Assembly (NCBI GenBank): GCA_964016885.1 | Contig: OZ024742.1 | Span: 183,706,001 to 183,770,000 of the forward strand | Length of the DNA stretch: 64,000 nucleotides | Reading direction: 5' to 3' | Origin: Eledone cirrhosa | Lineage: Eukaryota | In this document: positions 13,639-26,824 of the stretch, piece by piece | Layout of the letters: each line of letters begins with the position of its first letter | Position numbering within the stretch: position 1 is the stretch's first letter | Program-made: the position numbers and the translations under genes | Notes under the pieces: model-generated | The model's input: the letters and a program-made list of their open reading frames with translations, nothing else | What the model was told of the DNA's origin: nothing | Database searches by the model: none

Positions 13639-13764
13639 AGTTATTTATTCATTTATATATATATTATTCAAGTAAAGAGTATCAGGCGGAGTGTCAATAT
13701 TATAAAGAAGAGCGATGGTTTTAAGTGTACATCCTATGTTAATTCTATAAACCGTCTATCTTCT

Positions 13765-13835
<71 letters not shown>

Positions 13836-13841
<6 letters not shown>

Positions 13842-14151
13842 TAAGTATGTACACGTACATACATATATGTATACAGACGTACAGTAGTATGTATATATAT
13901 ATACATACATACACACATATATATATGTACGTATGGATTCACATTTATTATAATGCTCGGTTTCACCGAGCATTATAATAAATGTTCGGTGAATCCATAC
14001 GTACATATATATATATGTGTGCATGTATGTATATATATATATACATACTACTGTACGTCTGTATACATATATGTATGTACGTGTACATACTTATATTTAA
14101 GTAACAGCCGTACTAAGAGTGGTAAATGAAATTTCGCTTCATTTTTTCCGG

Positions 14152-14153
<2 letters not shown>
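13836..14153. repeat. ~125-bp-arm palindrome plus one-sided tail, TA-embedded
   Basis: TAAATATAAGTATGTACACG...ATAATGCTCGG-TTTCA-CCGAGCATTAT...CGTGTACATACTTATATTTA, then a ~55-bp unique tail into (TA)n. Confidence 0.85.
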
Positions 14154-14224
<71 letters not shown>

Positions 14225-14307
14225 GATACATAATATATATAAAATTAGGTACATAAATATAAGTATGCACACGTACATGTGCATATTTACATTTATATAT
14301 ATAAATA

Positions 14308-14497
14308 TATAAATGTAATCTGAGTTTTTCGAATATTAATAATAACATTCGATTCGTTTGCAATTATGCAAACAAGCCTCATTTTTTTAGCCATGTCAGT
14401 AGAATGAACTCTTCATTCTTGCTCTTGTGTTGGCATGCATAATTGCAAACGATTCGAATGTTATAATTAATGTTCGAAAAACTCAGATTACATTTAT
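14308..14497. repeat. Inverted repeat with ~62-bp arms and ~65-bp spacer, TA-flanked
   Basis: ATAAATGTAATCTGAGTTTTTCGAA...TTTGCAATTATGCA / TGCATAATTGCAAA...TTCGAAAAACTCAGATTACATTTAT. Confidence 0.85.
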
Positions 14498-14526
14498 TGT
14501 ATTCAGCCATGTAGAGCGAACATTTT

Positions 14527-14601
<75 letters not shown>

Positions 14602-14605
14602 TAGA

Positions 14606-14907
<302 letters not shown>

Positions 14908-15177
14908 CGCGTCCGTAAATTTACATTCAATCTCTGTTTAGTTTAGTAGTCCTAAGAAATCGACAAAATAAATAGCAAGCTCAAAAAATAACTGAAACCG
15001 ATGGAAGAAGGCAATAAATATAAAATTAAGATCACTACCAGTAAAGATAATGTTTTCAGTTTTAGCTTGAAGAAAACCAGTCGCTAAATGTCGTTACTAT
15101 CCCCCATCACAAAAGTATTCTCTCCAAAATTATCTTCGTTTGACAAGTAACATACCACTTTAATATTAATATTATGA

Positions 15178-15397
15178 AGGGTGGCGGATTGGCAGTATCG
15201 GTAGGGCGTCGGACGCCATGCTTTGCTGCAATGAGTTACAGCCCTTTATGATCTGAGTTCAAACCCTGCCGTGGTTAACTCTGCCTTTCATCCTTACGGG
15301 GTCGATAAAATCAAGTACCAGTCACGCACTAATGTCGATTTAATCGACTTTCTCCTTCCCCCAAATTGCTGGCCTTGTGCCTATATAAGAAACCAAT
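15178..15397 (+). mobile_element. SINE family A, long-tail variant
   Basis: Full head, core and extra GTCGATTTAATCGAC palindrome before the tail. Confidence 0.85.
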
Positions 15398-15719
15398 ATT
15401 ATGAAATTTATGCGCTATTTCATTTTCATATTTTGGAATTAAATCATATAATATTTAAACATTGTGATAGAGGTATCACATTTCCGAGGAACCTGCAAGA
15501 GCTGCTTGATAAGAATACGTTGGAATAATTAAATATTAAGCCTTTTCTTGTTATATTTCTAACAGAAATATAAGAAAGATCTTTTGTATCCAAATATTGT
15601 TGAAAATAATCAAGAACAATATTTAAATGAAACAAAAATGAAAGGGAAAGAAAAAAAGAATTAAGCAACAAAGGAGAGAGGGAAGGATGGACTAATTCTA
15701 CACCCTAGTCTGAGTGGTG

Positions 15720-15815
15720 ATTCGGCTGTGCCACGCAGACAGAATGGTGAAGGCACTGCCACGGAGAATGGCCAGCGACACCCGCTACAACAGCCTCATG
15801 GGGCTCCTTTCCAAG
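15720..15815 (-). pseudogene. Short CRE-type LINE 3' remnant
   Basis: ATGGCCAGCGACACCCGCTACAACAGCC is homologous to 26592-26620 (RVSLAI motif). Confidence 0.5.
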
Positions 15816-16234
15816 AATTTAGAAGGATGTAGTTAAGCTTCTTGTGTTTATTATTGTTTGGAAAAAAAAAACTATCAAAATTATGATGGAAAGACGCAGA
15901 TAAAGACTTTAAAATAGGCAGTTTTGTATTAGACGGTTTGGTATGAAAAGGGTTAAGATGAATAGTGAAGAAAACTTCTATTAGCTTGTAGAAAACCAGT
16001 CGCTATACGTCATTTAATATTGTATATTTCTCTGTTATGGCGATTGTCTGTCTGCTGAGTGCTGCTGTTGTTGAATTTAGGTCGATCGATAAACATTGTC
16101 TCCTATTTTCATCTCTCTCTCTCTCTCCCTCTTCCCCTCTCTCTCACTCTCTCTTTCTTTCTTTCTCTTTCTATCCCTATCTTTCTCACTCCATTCCGTT
16201 CTTATAATGTTGATGATTGCTGTGATATCTCACA

Positions 16235-16237
<3 letters not shown>

Positions 16238-16304
<67 letters not shown>

Positions 16305-16350
16305 GCAAACAGTGTCCTCTTTTTCTCTTCCAAACATAAACACACACACA

Positions 16351-16443
<93 letters not shown>

Positions 16444-16491
16444 GCAAAGTTGCAAACAGTGTCCTCTTTTTCTCTTCCAAACATAAACACA

Positions 16492-16548
<57 letters not shown>

Positions 16549-16590
16549 GCAAACAGTGTCCTCTTTTTCTCTTCCAAACATAAACACACA

Positions 16591-16652
<62 letters not shown>
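16238..16652. repeat. Three tandem copies of (CT)n + GTTGCAAACAGTGTCCTCTTTTTCTCTTCCAAACATAAACACAC
   Basis: An identical ~45-bp unique core at ~16302, ~16449 and ~16546, separated by variable (CT)n. Confidence 0.9.
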
Positions 16653-16654
<2 letters not shown>

Positions 16655-16786
16655 TCCATTGTGATAATGATAACTGTTGTGATCAGTACCACTAGCTCAG
16701 CCCTATAGTTTCCGTTACCAACTTCCACTCTCTACACACATCTTTCTTGTAAATACACTACAGAGTTATACGTCATTACCACACAT

Positions 16787-16960
16787 TATCGGTAGAGGGT
16801 CGGACGCCATGCTTTGACGCATGGAGTTACGGCCCTTGCTATTCTGAGTTCAAATCCCGCCGAGGTTAACTTTGCCTTTCATCCTTACGGGGTCGATAAA
16901 ATAAAGTACCAGTAATGCACTGGATAATTGCTGGCCTTGTGCCAAAAGTAGAAACAATTA
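16787..16960 (+). mobile_element. SINE family A
   Basis: Head, core and tail as in other copies. Confidence 0.85.
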
Positions 16961-17013
16961 CATTTGTCTTATCAAATACAAATACAATTTATTTTGTATT
17001 ACGGGAACTAAAG

Positions 17014-17086
<73 letters not shown>

Positions 17087-17220
17087 GTGCGCAACAAATA
17101 TATAGATAGGTAGGTAGATAGATAGACATACAGACAAACATACAGACAGTCAGACCGGGAGATAGATATACAGAGAGACAGACATACAGACAGGCAGATA
17201 GGTAGATAGATAGATAGATA

Positions 17221-19515
17221 TGTTTCTTTATTAGCCACAAGGGCACAAAAGAAGGGGACAAATACAAAGGGGGAAGTTTACATACAATAAAAACGTGTAA
17301 AATGTTATCACAAATGGAATTTAAAAAGTTAGTCGATTTTCCCCAATAGAGTGAGACAGTTTATATGGGTAACACATACCCCCGAAAAAAAAAATGTGCA
17401 ACCCTCATCTCCAGGAGTACGAAGAGCTTGTACTCCTTTCCTCTCCTCCTCCTTTTCCTCAACCTACAGGCTGATATAGAGAGAAGGCCCATTCACTCGG
17501 GCCATTCTCGCCACTTTCACCCACCTTTCATAAAACTTGCTGGGGTACAGCACCTCTCTCTCCATCCTGATTCTTCTTCCAAAGTGGTATTTGAAAAAAA
17601 GAATCAGTTGTTGGCCAGAGAGAAAGGTGTCTGACCTCAGCCCTTTCAACCTTGTCCACCATACAACCTCTTTCGCCATAGCTATCACACAAAGGAAAAC
17701 CGCCTCTCCTTCGTTTTTGAAGGAGGGTGGCGGTTTGATCATGACAATAGACTCGGTGGTCAACCGGATTGGTCCCACCCGCGACAATAGTCGTTCTACA
17801 TAGCCCCACAGGTCAGTGACGCCCGGGAAGTGTATGAATGCGTGCGCGACGGTTTCTTCGTCTCGCACGCATCTCGGACAGATCTTTTTTGCAGGGTCCC
17901 TGCCCGGGCGCCCATATCTGTAGAGCTTGTCTCGAACTGGTAGAGCTCCTCGGTAGCACTGCCAGGCCAGGGACTTTTGGAAGTTGTCCATCCGTCCCGG
18001 GCGGAAGGTCCTACCGAACAAACTGGCCAGTTCATCTTCCTCTACGCCTAGAGTTTCACCGAGCGCGTCGTCGCACTTGCTGCGGACCAACCCTGTATAG
18101 AATGACGAAGTGGAGTCTCCACTGATCGCCTAGTCCGCCTGCCAGAGGGCTGTGAGCGCCTGAGCACATTCGATGTGCCAGTCGCCCATTTTCCTCGGTC
18201 TTTGCTTGACCCAGGACTGCAGCTCGGTCAGCGAGACGAGTCGTGGGAAGGCTCGCCTCACGAACGGGGCCCACACCGGTTGTCCGGTGAGGAATACGTA
18301 GAGATGCCGCAGCCTGAGCGCGCGTTTGCGCATCGTCAACCACGGCATCCCCAGCCCTCCGTTAGAAGGGTGTTGGCAGCAGATGGATCTTCTCACCAAA
18401 GGAGCCCGCCTCTTCCAAAGGAATCGGAAGAGCGCGCGCTCTATTTTGGCGAGTGTTTTGGCTGGACAAGGCACGACGGTCAAGCGGTAGTAGATGGCGG
18501 ACGCTATAAAAGTGTTCGCCACCTCCGCTCGACCTTTCAAGGATAGTTTGCACTCGGCACACTTCTGGGTGAGTGCAAACACCTTGGCCGTCACTTCGTT
18601 CCAGTTCTTCTCCACCTGGAGGTCCGGACCAAACCAGACCCCGAGCAGCTTTACCGGTCCTTCCGTCCAGCGTCCGACGACGCCATCGGAAGGCATCGGT
18701 TTGCCTCTCCACGATCCGAGTTGCAAACCGATGGACTTGTCCCGGTTCAGCTTCGCTCCTGTGAGGCTTTCGTATTCCTTCAGTAAGGTGCTGACTTCCT
18801 CGATTTGCGAGGCGCTCGACACCATTACTGTCACGTCGTCGGCGTAGGCCGACGCCGCTTTCCGCAGTCCCGGTTCCAGAGGGATACCCTGCAATAGCTC
18901 CAGCTTCCGCAGTAGTGGCTCGAGAGTCAGTACGTACAGAAGGGAGGAGAGAGGGCATCCTTGTCGAATGGATCGCGTAATATGGAACGGCTCCGAGAGG
19001 TAGCCGTTCACCTTGACCCTTGAGCAGATGTTGCTGTTGTGCATTGCAGCAATCCAGCCCCTGAACACGGGTCCGAAGCCTGCCGCCTCAAGCACCGCAT
19101 CCAGGTAACGATGGTCAACCCTATCGAAAGCCGTAGACTGATCCAAGTTGATCAGGGCCCCACTGAAGCCAGGTTTACAACCTATCCTCTCTATGATGTA
19201 TCGCATGAGGTGGAAGTTGTCGTGTATGGACCTGGTCGGGATTGCGCATGTCTGCGCTTCTCCCACCAGGTTCTCAACGACAAGCGCCAGCCTCTTTGCC
19301 AACACCTCGGCCAAAATCTGTAACTCTGTGTTTAGCAGAGTTATGGGCCGGAAGTTGCCTATGTCATCCCCCTTATTCTCGTCCTTCCTGATTAGTGTGA
19401 CTACGCCCCCGGTTACAGAACTGGGAATTCTCCCGTTCTGTTGCCAGTTGCAGTAGACCGCTTCCAGGAGACCGGAGAATAAGTCCGGCATTGCTACGTA
19501 AAATTCGTAGGGTAG
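17221..19515 (-). mobile_element. 5'-truncated Tx1/L1-type non-LTR retrotransposon (RT + zf-RVT + 3'UTR)
   Basis: GC-rich island. Motifs LPYEFY, NFRPITLLNTE, LDQSTAFDRVD, IRQGCPLS, SAYADD, LGVWFG and GGLGMP, with C-terminal CPRC...ETVAHAFIH. AATAAA near the 3' end, then (TATC)n. Confidence 0.92.
17464..19515 (-). pseudogene. LINE ORF2 (RT) interrupted by one in-frame TAG at 18130-18132
   Basis: ORFs 18130-19491 and 17464-18090 are in the same frame: ...LWQAD*AISGDSTSSFYTGLVRSK... The endonuclease domain is absent. Confidence 0.88.
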
Positions 19516-19874
19516 ATAGATAGGTGTCTTGAAAGATTAAGCAACTTAGGAATGGTATTGATCCAAAACATGAAGAACGAACAAGAAATTATGAACATGG
19601 TTAATAAAAATAACATTAAACATGAATACAGTTGTGTCTTTAACTCTTAACATGTGAATATAACATGCTGGAACTAAAAGCTGGCTCACTACTATACATA
19701 TATATATATATATACACACACACACACGTATATATAAATATATATATATATATATGTGTGAATATAGGTGTGTGTACATATATCTATATTTGTGCATGCG
19801 TATGTATGCGTGTATATATGTGTGTATGTATGTGTGTGTATGTACGTGTGTATATATGTATGACTGTGTGTATG

Positions 19875-19914
<40 letters not shown>

Positions 19915-19949
19915 CATACACACAGTCATACATATATACACAAAGGGCA

Positions 19950-20395
19950 AGGGAGCTCTTAAGAGTCAATAGCCATCCAAAATCACCGGGAGAGATGACC
20001 CCTTAGCCTTGTCAAGGCAGAATTCTAGGAGAAGGAAAACTCTGATATAACACCTGCAACCCTGATGGTATCCAATGATGTTGACTTGTTCTTCTTTTTG
20101 GTAAATATCATCTTGGTTAAGAGAGTGGGACTGGCTTTGTGCAGTGCCTTTGCTCACTATAAAAGCTTCACAGCACAGGCATTGCTTTATATCTGGAGAT
20201 CTCTCTGCATTTGTCGTCACATGGTACCATGGGCCCTGCACTATGTGTCAATAATGGTCACAAGTGTAGTCTTTGTACCAGAGTTTTCAAGTTGCTGGCT
20301 GGACTAAAAAGTCACATTCGTTCAACGCATCGGTAGGGGTTCTCCTACATGGATATAAAGTAGTGGCCGTACTCGAAAACGAGTTGGCAGCCACC
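19950..20395 (+). pseudogene. RTE-type LINE 3' end fossil
   Basis: VCTRVFKLLAGLKSHIRSTH resembles the terminal C2H2 zinc-finger motif of RTE/BovB-type ORFs. Confidence 0.5.
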
Positions 20396-20417
20396 ATATA
20401 TATATATATATATATAT

Positions 20418-20861
20418 GCAAAAGTTTTATTTAAAATTGTTGGGTTACAACAAGTAAATATTTTATAACTGATATAAAGCACTCGACAAGTTTTTGGAGT
20501 AGATATACGATATTAAACAAATGGAAACTATATTTATAAAACCATATTTATTTCATTATACATATTTCAGGGATACCATATTAAAAATATGGCATGCCTT
20601 CGTCAGATAAAATACAATATATAACCAGTTTTATAAATAATTTTGACGTACCATAAATATAGCGACCATTAAGGTACTACCAAGCCAGCCTCCTACCTTA
20701 ATGGTCGCTATATTTATGGTACGTCAAAATTATTTATAAAACTGGTTATATATTGTATTTTATCTGACGAAGGCATGCCATATTTTTAATATGGTATCCC
20801 TGAAATATGTATAATGAAATAAATATGGTTTTATAAATATAGTTTCCATTTGTTTAATATC

Positions 20862-20867
<6 letters not shown>
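20418..20867. mobile_element. TA-embedded element with apparently perfect 174-bp inverted repeat, a hammerhead in each arm, and a one-sided tail
   Basis: Arms 20503-20676 and 20694-20867 with a 17-nt loop. Tail 20418-20502 contains AAGCACTC (GAGTGCTT on minus). Confidence 0.85.
20756..20821 (+). ncRNA. Type I minimal hammerhead ribozyme (mirror copy on minus at 20549-20614)
   Basis: UAUUUUAU-CUGACGA-AGGCAUGCCAUAUU/AAUAUGGUAUCCCU-GAAA-UAUGU-AUA-AUGAAAUA. Stem I is 8 bp, stem II ~13 bp, stem III near-palindromic, cleavage triplet AUA. Confidence 0.85.
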
Positions 20868-20912
<45 letters not shown>

Positions 20913-21240
20913 TGTATGTGTGTGAGTGTTTGTGTATGTGTATGTATGGATATGTTGATATATATGTGTGTATGTATGTATGTGTATATGTATGTGTATT
21001 TTACATTCATTTAAATTATTGATGTATTGTTTTATTGATATTTTTTATCTGATTGTCCCGAATCTTCTATTATCGATTTTTCATCGTATGGTTGATTTTA
21101 GACTTGTTCTATGTGTGACGGTATTTTAACGATAGTTATAGCTCTGATTCATCTGAATTATTGAGCCCTCTGCCGCTCATTTCGAATATTGTTTATCGTG
21201 AACTCGTGCGCCGATTTTTCGATACTCGATCTTTCTAATA

Positions 21241-21273
<33 letters not shown>

Positions 21274-21466
21274 GTATATATATATACATACACATATGTG
21301 GGAAAATACCTGTATGTGCGCGGAAGCATCATTCGAATATATACAAATACAAACATACATTCATATTTACATACATACACACATGCTTACACATATACAT
21401 GTATACACATATATATATATATATATATATACGGGATAACAGATTATTGTTATAGGTAGTCCACTG

Positions 21467-21867
<401 letters not shown>

Positions 21868-21971
21868 TCTCCGTGACCTTTCATTACTCGATGTATTATA
21901 TCGTTTAATGTAAGATGTTAGTGCAGTCAGCTAGATACAAGTGTTTTGTTTTCATGACTGCAATTTCGGCT

Positions 21972-24125
21972 ATCCTAGTATATATAACGTACAATCAGTA
22001 GATTCTGTTATCCTAGTGTTTATAGATAGTAATACAGCAGTAGATTCTGTTTTATCCTAGTGTTTATAGATAGTAATACAGCAGTAGATTCTGTTATCCT
22101 AGTGTTTATAGATAGTAATACAGCAGTAGATTCTGTTATCCTAGTGCTTATAGATAGTAATACAGCAGTAGATTCTGTTATCCTAGTGTTTATAGATAGT
22201 AATACAGCAGTAGTTTCTGTTATCCTAGTGTTTATAGATAGTAATACAGCAGTAGTTTTCTGTTATCCTAGTGTTTATAGATAGTAATACAGCAGTAGTT
22301 TCTGTTATCCTAGTGTTTATAGATAGTAATACAGCAGTAGTTTCTGTTATCCTAGTGTTTATAGATAGTAATACAGCAGTAGTTTCTGTTATCCTAGTGT
22401 TTATAGATAGTAATAAAGCAGTAGATTCTGTTATCCTAGTGTTTATATATAACATACAATCAGTAGATTCTGTTATCCTAGTGTTTATAGATAGCAATAC
22501 AACAGTAGATTCTGTTATCCTAGTGTTTATAGATAGCAATACAGCAGTAGATTCTGTTATCCTAGTGTTTATAGATAGCAATACAGCAGTAGATTCTGTA
22601 GTCTTAGTGTTTATAGATAGTAATACAGCAGTAGATTCTGTTATCCTAGTGTTTATAGATAGCAATACAGCAGTAGATTCTGTTATCCTAGTGTTTATAG
22701 ATAGCAATACAGCAGTAGATTCTGTTATCCTAGTGTTTATAGATAGTAATACAGCAGTAGATTCTGTTATCCTAGTGTTTATAGATAGCAATACAGCAGT
22801 AGATTCTGTTATCCTAGTGTTTATAGATAGTAATACAGCAGTAGATTCTGTTATCCTAGTGTTTATAGATAGCAATACAGCAGTAGATTCTGTTATCCTA
22901 GTGTTTATAGATAGTAATACAGCAGTAGATTCTGTTATCCTAGTGTTTATAGATAGTAATACAGCAGTAGATTCTGTTATCCTAGTGTTTATAGATAGCA
23001 ATACAGCAGTAGTTTCTGTTATCCTAGTGTTTATAGATAACAATACAGCAGTAGATTCTGTAGTCTTAGTGTTTATAGATAGTAATACAGCAGTAGATTC
23101 TGTTATCCTAGTGTTTATAGATAGTAATACAGCAGTAGTTTCTGTTATCCTAGTGTTTATAGATAGTAATACAGCAGTAGATTCTGTTATCCTAGTGTTT
23201 ATAGATAGCAATACAGCAGTAGATTCTGTTATCCTAGTGTTTATAGATAGTAATACAGCAGTAGATTCTGTTATCCTAGTGTTTATAGATAGTAATACAG
23301 CAGTAGTTTCTGTTATCCTAGTGTTTATAGATAGTAATACAGCAGTAGATTCTGTTATCCTAGTGTTTATAGATAGTAATACAGCAGTAGTTTCTGTTAT
23401 CCTAGTGTTTATAGATAGTAATACAGCAGTAGTTTCTGTTATCCTAGTGTTTATAGATAGTAATACAGCAGTAGATTATGTTATCCTAGTGTTTATAGAT
23501 AGTAATACAGCAGTAGTTTCTGTTATCCTAGTGTTTATAGATAACAATACAGCAGTAGATTCTGTTATCCTAGTGTTTATAGATAGTAATACAGCAGTAG
23601 ATTCTGTTATCCTAGTGTTTATAGATAGTAATACAGCAGTAGATTCTGTTATCCTAGTGTTTATAGATAGTAATACAGCAGTAGATTCTGTTATCCTAGT
23701 GTTTATAGATAGTAATACAGCAGTAGTTTCTGTTATCCTAGTGTTTATAGATAGTAATACAGCAGTAGATTCTGTTATCCTAGTGTTTATAGATAGCAAT
23801 ACAACAGTAGTTTCTGTTATCTTAGTGTTTATAGATAGCAATACAGCAGTAGATTCTGTTATCCTAGTGTTTATAGATAGCAATACAGCAGTAGATTCTG
23901 TTATCCTAGTGTTTATAGATAACAATACAGCAGTAGATTCTGTTATCCTAGTGTTTATAGATAGCAATACAGCAGTAGATTCTGTTATCCTAGTGTTTAT
24001 AGATAACAATACAGCAGTAGATTCTGTTATCCTAGTGTTTATAGATAACAATACAGCAGTAGATTCTGTTATCCTAGTGTTTATAGATAGAAATACAGCA
24101 GTAGATTCTGTAGTCTTAGTGTTTA
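21972..24125. repeat. 42-bp tandem minisatellite, ~51 copies (GTAGATTCTGTTATCCTAGTGTTTATAGATAGTAATACAGCA)
   Basis: Highly homogeneous head-to-tail units with no unique spacers. Confidence 0.97.
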
Positions 24126-24187
24126 GAACAACGTTGCTGTCTTCGATGTAGTCCCAGTGTAAAATTGCTATTGATACTATTACCTTA

Positions 24188-24352
24188 CTGCGTCAGACAC
24201 CATGTTTTGCAGCATAGTTATGGCCCTTTGCTTTCTGAGTTCAAATCCGCCGCGGTTAACTTTGCCTTTCATCCTTACGAGGTCGATAAAATAAAGTACC
24301 AGTGGTGCACTGAGGTAATCGCTGGCCTAGTGCCAAAAGTAGAAACACTATT
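24188..24352 (+). mobile_element. SINE family A
   Basis: Core and tail match. Confidence 0.8.
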
Positions 24353-24761
24353 ATCTTACTGTGTATGGTAACATGGCTGTTGCTGCTGATGTCTCAGTGA
24401 GTATAGCAAGGATCTCAAATACGCGACCAGTAAACTACTTTTCTATGGCTCGCGGCAGACAATTTTCGTGACTAATATTATAAAATGGAAAATTTGTCTC
24501 CTTACATTTTGTACTAATTGACATATCCCACTTACTATCGTACGTGTATTTATTTTGATGGACCCAAAATAGTAGCCAATCAGCTGTGTTGCAGATTAAC
24601 ATTATATCTAGTGGAAATCACGCCTTCCCCACTCATATTGCGTTTGGCCCGCTGTGCCTGTACCCCATGACATAATGTCCCTCTTGCGTCTATGAGTTTA
24701 AGACCCCTGGTGTTTAGCAGCATGGCTGTAGTTGCTATAACCCCTAATACTAAATAAACTT

Positions 24762-25350
24762 TTAACCCCTTATATACCAAATTATAGAAACCACCCAAGT
24801 TTTACAATGCAAAACTCTTAGATTCAAATGTTTAAATTATTTATCTAAAAACTTTCTATCATACATTTATGCAAGAAAAGAGCGGTGGATTGACAGAATC
24901 GTTAGAGCGTCGGACAAATACTTAGCCGAATTTGTTCTGGCTCTTTGCATTCTGAGGTCAAATCCCACCGAGATCAATTTTGCCTTTCCTCCTTCTAAGG
25001 TCGATAAAATAAAGTAGAGTCATGCACTGGGGGCGATATAATCGATATTCCTCTTCCCATAAATTGAAAGCCTTGTGCCAAAATGAGAAACCATAATTAT
25101 AAGCAAGAAATTATTTTAAGATATGTACCAAACAGCAGCTTAAGTCTTTTGATATCAAATCGCATGAAACAGTTTGTTTTCAAATGTTTATATCTAAAAA
25201 TCTTCTATCATAAATATATGTAAGAACATTTTCTTTAGTTATGTTCCGAGCACCAGATAAATAAGGAGAAACTTTCATTATATTTTAAAAGTAATTGACA
25301 ATAATGGTAGGTAGGGTCTTAAATCAGAAATAAGGTAAGGAAATGGTTAA
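24762..25350. mobile_element. Possible piggyBac-type MITE region (TTAA ends) containing a SINE
   Basis: Begins TTAACCCCTT..ATACCAAA and ends AATGGTTAA. Related end motifs GGTTTGGTATGAAAAGGGTTAA occur at ~15935-15956 and ~2161-2182. Confidence 0.35.
24880..25097 (+). mobile_element. SINE family A, older long-tail copy
   Basis: Diverged head, core and tail; flanked by GCAAGAAA direct repeats. Confidence 0.75.
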
Positions 25351-25724
25351 ACAGGTGATTTCCAACATGTGATCTGCAGATTCCAAGTGAATGAGGTCGA
25401 TGGGGACCATGGGAAAATCCATTTAAATAAACAGAGTCCTTGGTAAGGAAATGTTTAGGAACCCTTAATATTTAAGACTACAGCTGTGTAATGAGGTTTA
25501 CAATCTACAACCATCATTTGCAATTGAGTATGACTTGGTAGTATGCACTATACTTTCGCGAACAGATTTGAAGGACACACTGCGAAATCCGGTCCGGATA
25601 TCAATTCCAGGATATCACGATCGCAAGAATGCTCTAGACACTAGGTTGCGAGTCTTCACATGAAAATTACACACACACACACACGCATATACACACACAC
25701 ACACGCACACACACATACACACAC

Positions 25725-25758
<34 letters not shown>

Positions 25759-26024
25759 AATACATATATAGAGAAAGAAAGAGAAAGGGAGGTAGAAAAG
25801 AGATAAAGAGATAGATAGATAGATACAGAAAGAGAGAGAGAGAGGGAGAGGGGGGGGGGGGGGGAGAAAGAGATCTCGGTCATCATTCTACCTTGTAGCT
25901 TCTTCTGTTTCCAAGCTATTTAATCCTAAAATGTTTCTGTGATTGGCCTTTTAATTGTTGCTGGGTTCAGAACTTTCCAGAATGTCCTGCCACAATAGCA
26001 CAGTCAACATTATTATTAAATAAC

Positions 26025-26110
26025 TTTGCCTTTCATCCTTACGGAATCGATAAAATAAAGTACCAGTCATACATTGGGTAATCACTGGCCTTGTGCCAAA
26101 AGTAGAAACA
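26025..26110 (+). mobile_element. 5'-truncated SINE family A with 16-bp TSD
   Basis: ATTATTATTAAATAAC at 26009-26024 and 26111-26126. Confidence 0.85.
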
Positions 26111-26164
26111 ATTATTATTAAATAACAAACTATTAACCTCTCACATTTACCAGCTCCATACTCT

Positions 26165-26346
26165 AATAATTGTTTCTACATTTGGAACAAGGCCAGCAAT
26201 TACCCAGTACCTTACTGGTACTTTATTTTATCGACCCCGTAAGGATGAAAGGCAAAGTTAACCTCGGCGGGATTCGAACTCAGAATGGCAAGGGCCGTAA
26301 CTCTATGCGTCAAAGCATAGCGTCCGACCCTCTACCGATACTGCCA
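26165..26346 (-). mobile_element. SINE family A
   Basis: Reverse complement of the family pattern. Confidence 0.85.
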
Positions 26347-26539
26347 TGACAACTAAAATAACGGCAATAATAATAAAAAAAGGAAAGGAAACAAAAGGAA
26401 AAAAGAATAGGGAAATATAGAAAAAAAAAAGAGAAAAAGAAAGAAGAAAGAGAATAGGAAGGGGAGGAGATGGCAAAAGCTCTGGTATCGCAGAAGAGGG
26501 GGGAGTTAGGGGGGGGGGGGGTTATTGGTCTTTGGGTCT

Positions 26540-26800
26540 AGAAGAAGTGCTGCGCCCCGCGGACTAGACCACAAAATCATTCCCGCGGACGATGGCCAGT
26601 GACACCCGCTGCAACAGCCACTCAACCTCGCAGGGTTCCTTCCTCAGACGGGCCACCCACGTTCCGATCTTGCGGAGGAGCTGGGCAGTACGGGGTCCAA
26701 GTACGCCTGAGATCTCGACGGCGACCGGTGCGAAGAGGATGCGGCCTGACAATCCTCGGTATTTGTTTATTTTACGTTCTTCTTGAGGGGGGTGGGGGTC
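26540..26800 (-). pseudogene. CRE-clade (RLE) non-LTR retrotransposon C-terminal fragment
   Basis: KINKYRGLSGRILFAPVAVEISGVLGP...WLLQRVSLAIVRGN matches the CRE-type C-terminal pattern K..KY...F.P.AVET.G..G...QR.S.AI.RGN. Confidence 0.7.
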
Positions 26801-26824
26801 ACGATGCCGGGGTTTGTAGCCGAA

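Noticed and set aside
17365-19456. Several overlapping ORFs on alternative frames and strands
   Set aside because: Shadow ORFs of the GC-rich LINE ORF2.
21972-24125. CRISPR array, or 626-aa/328-aa repeat proteins
   Set aside because: There are no unique spacers or cas genes, and the context is eukaryotic. The ORFs arise from a 42-bp unit lacking stops in some frames.
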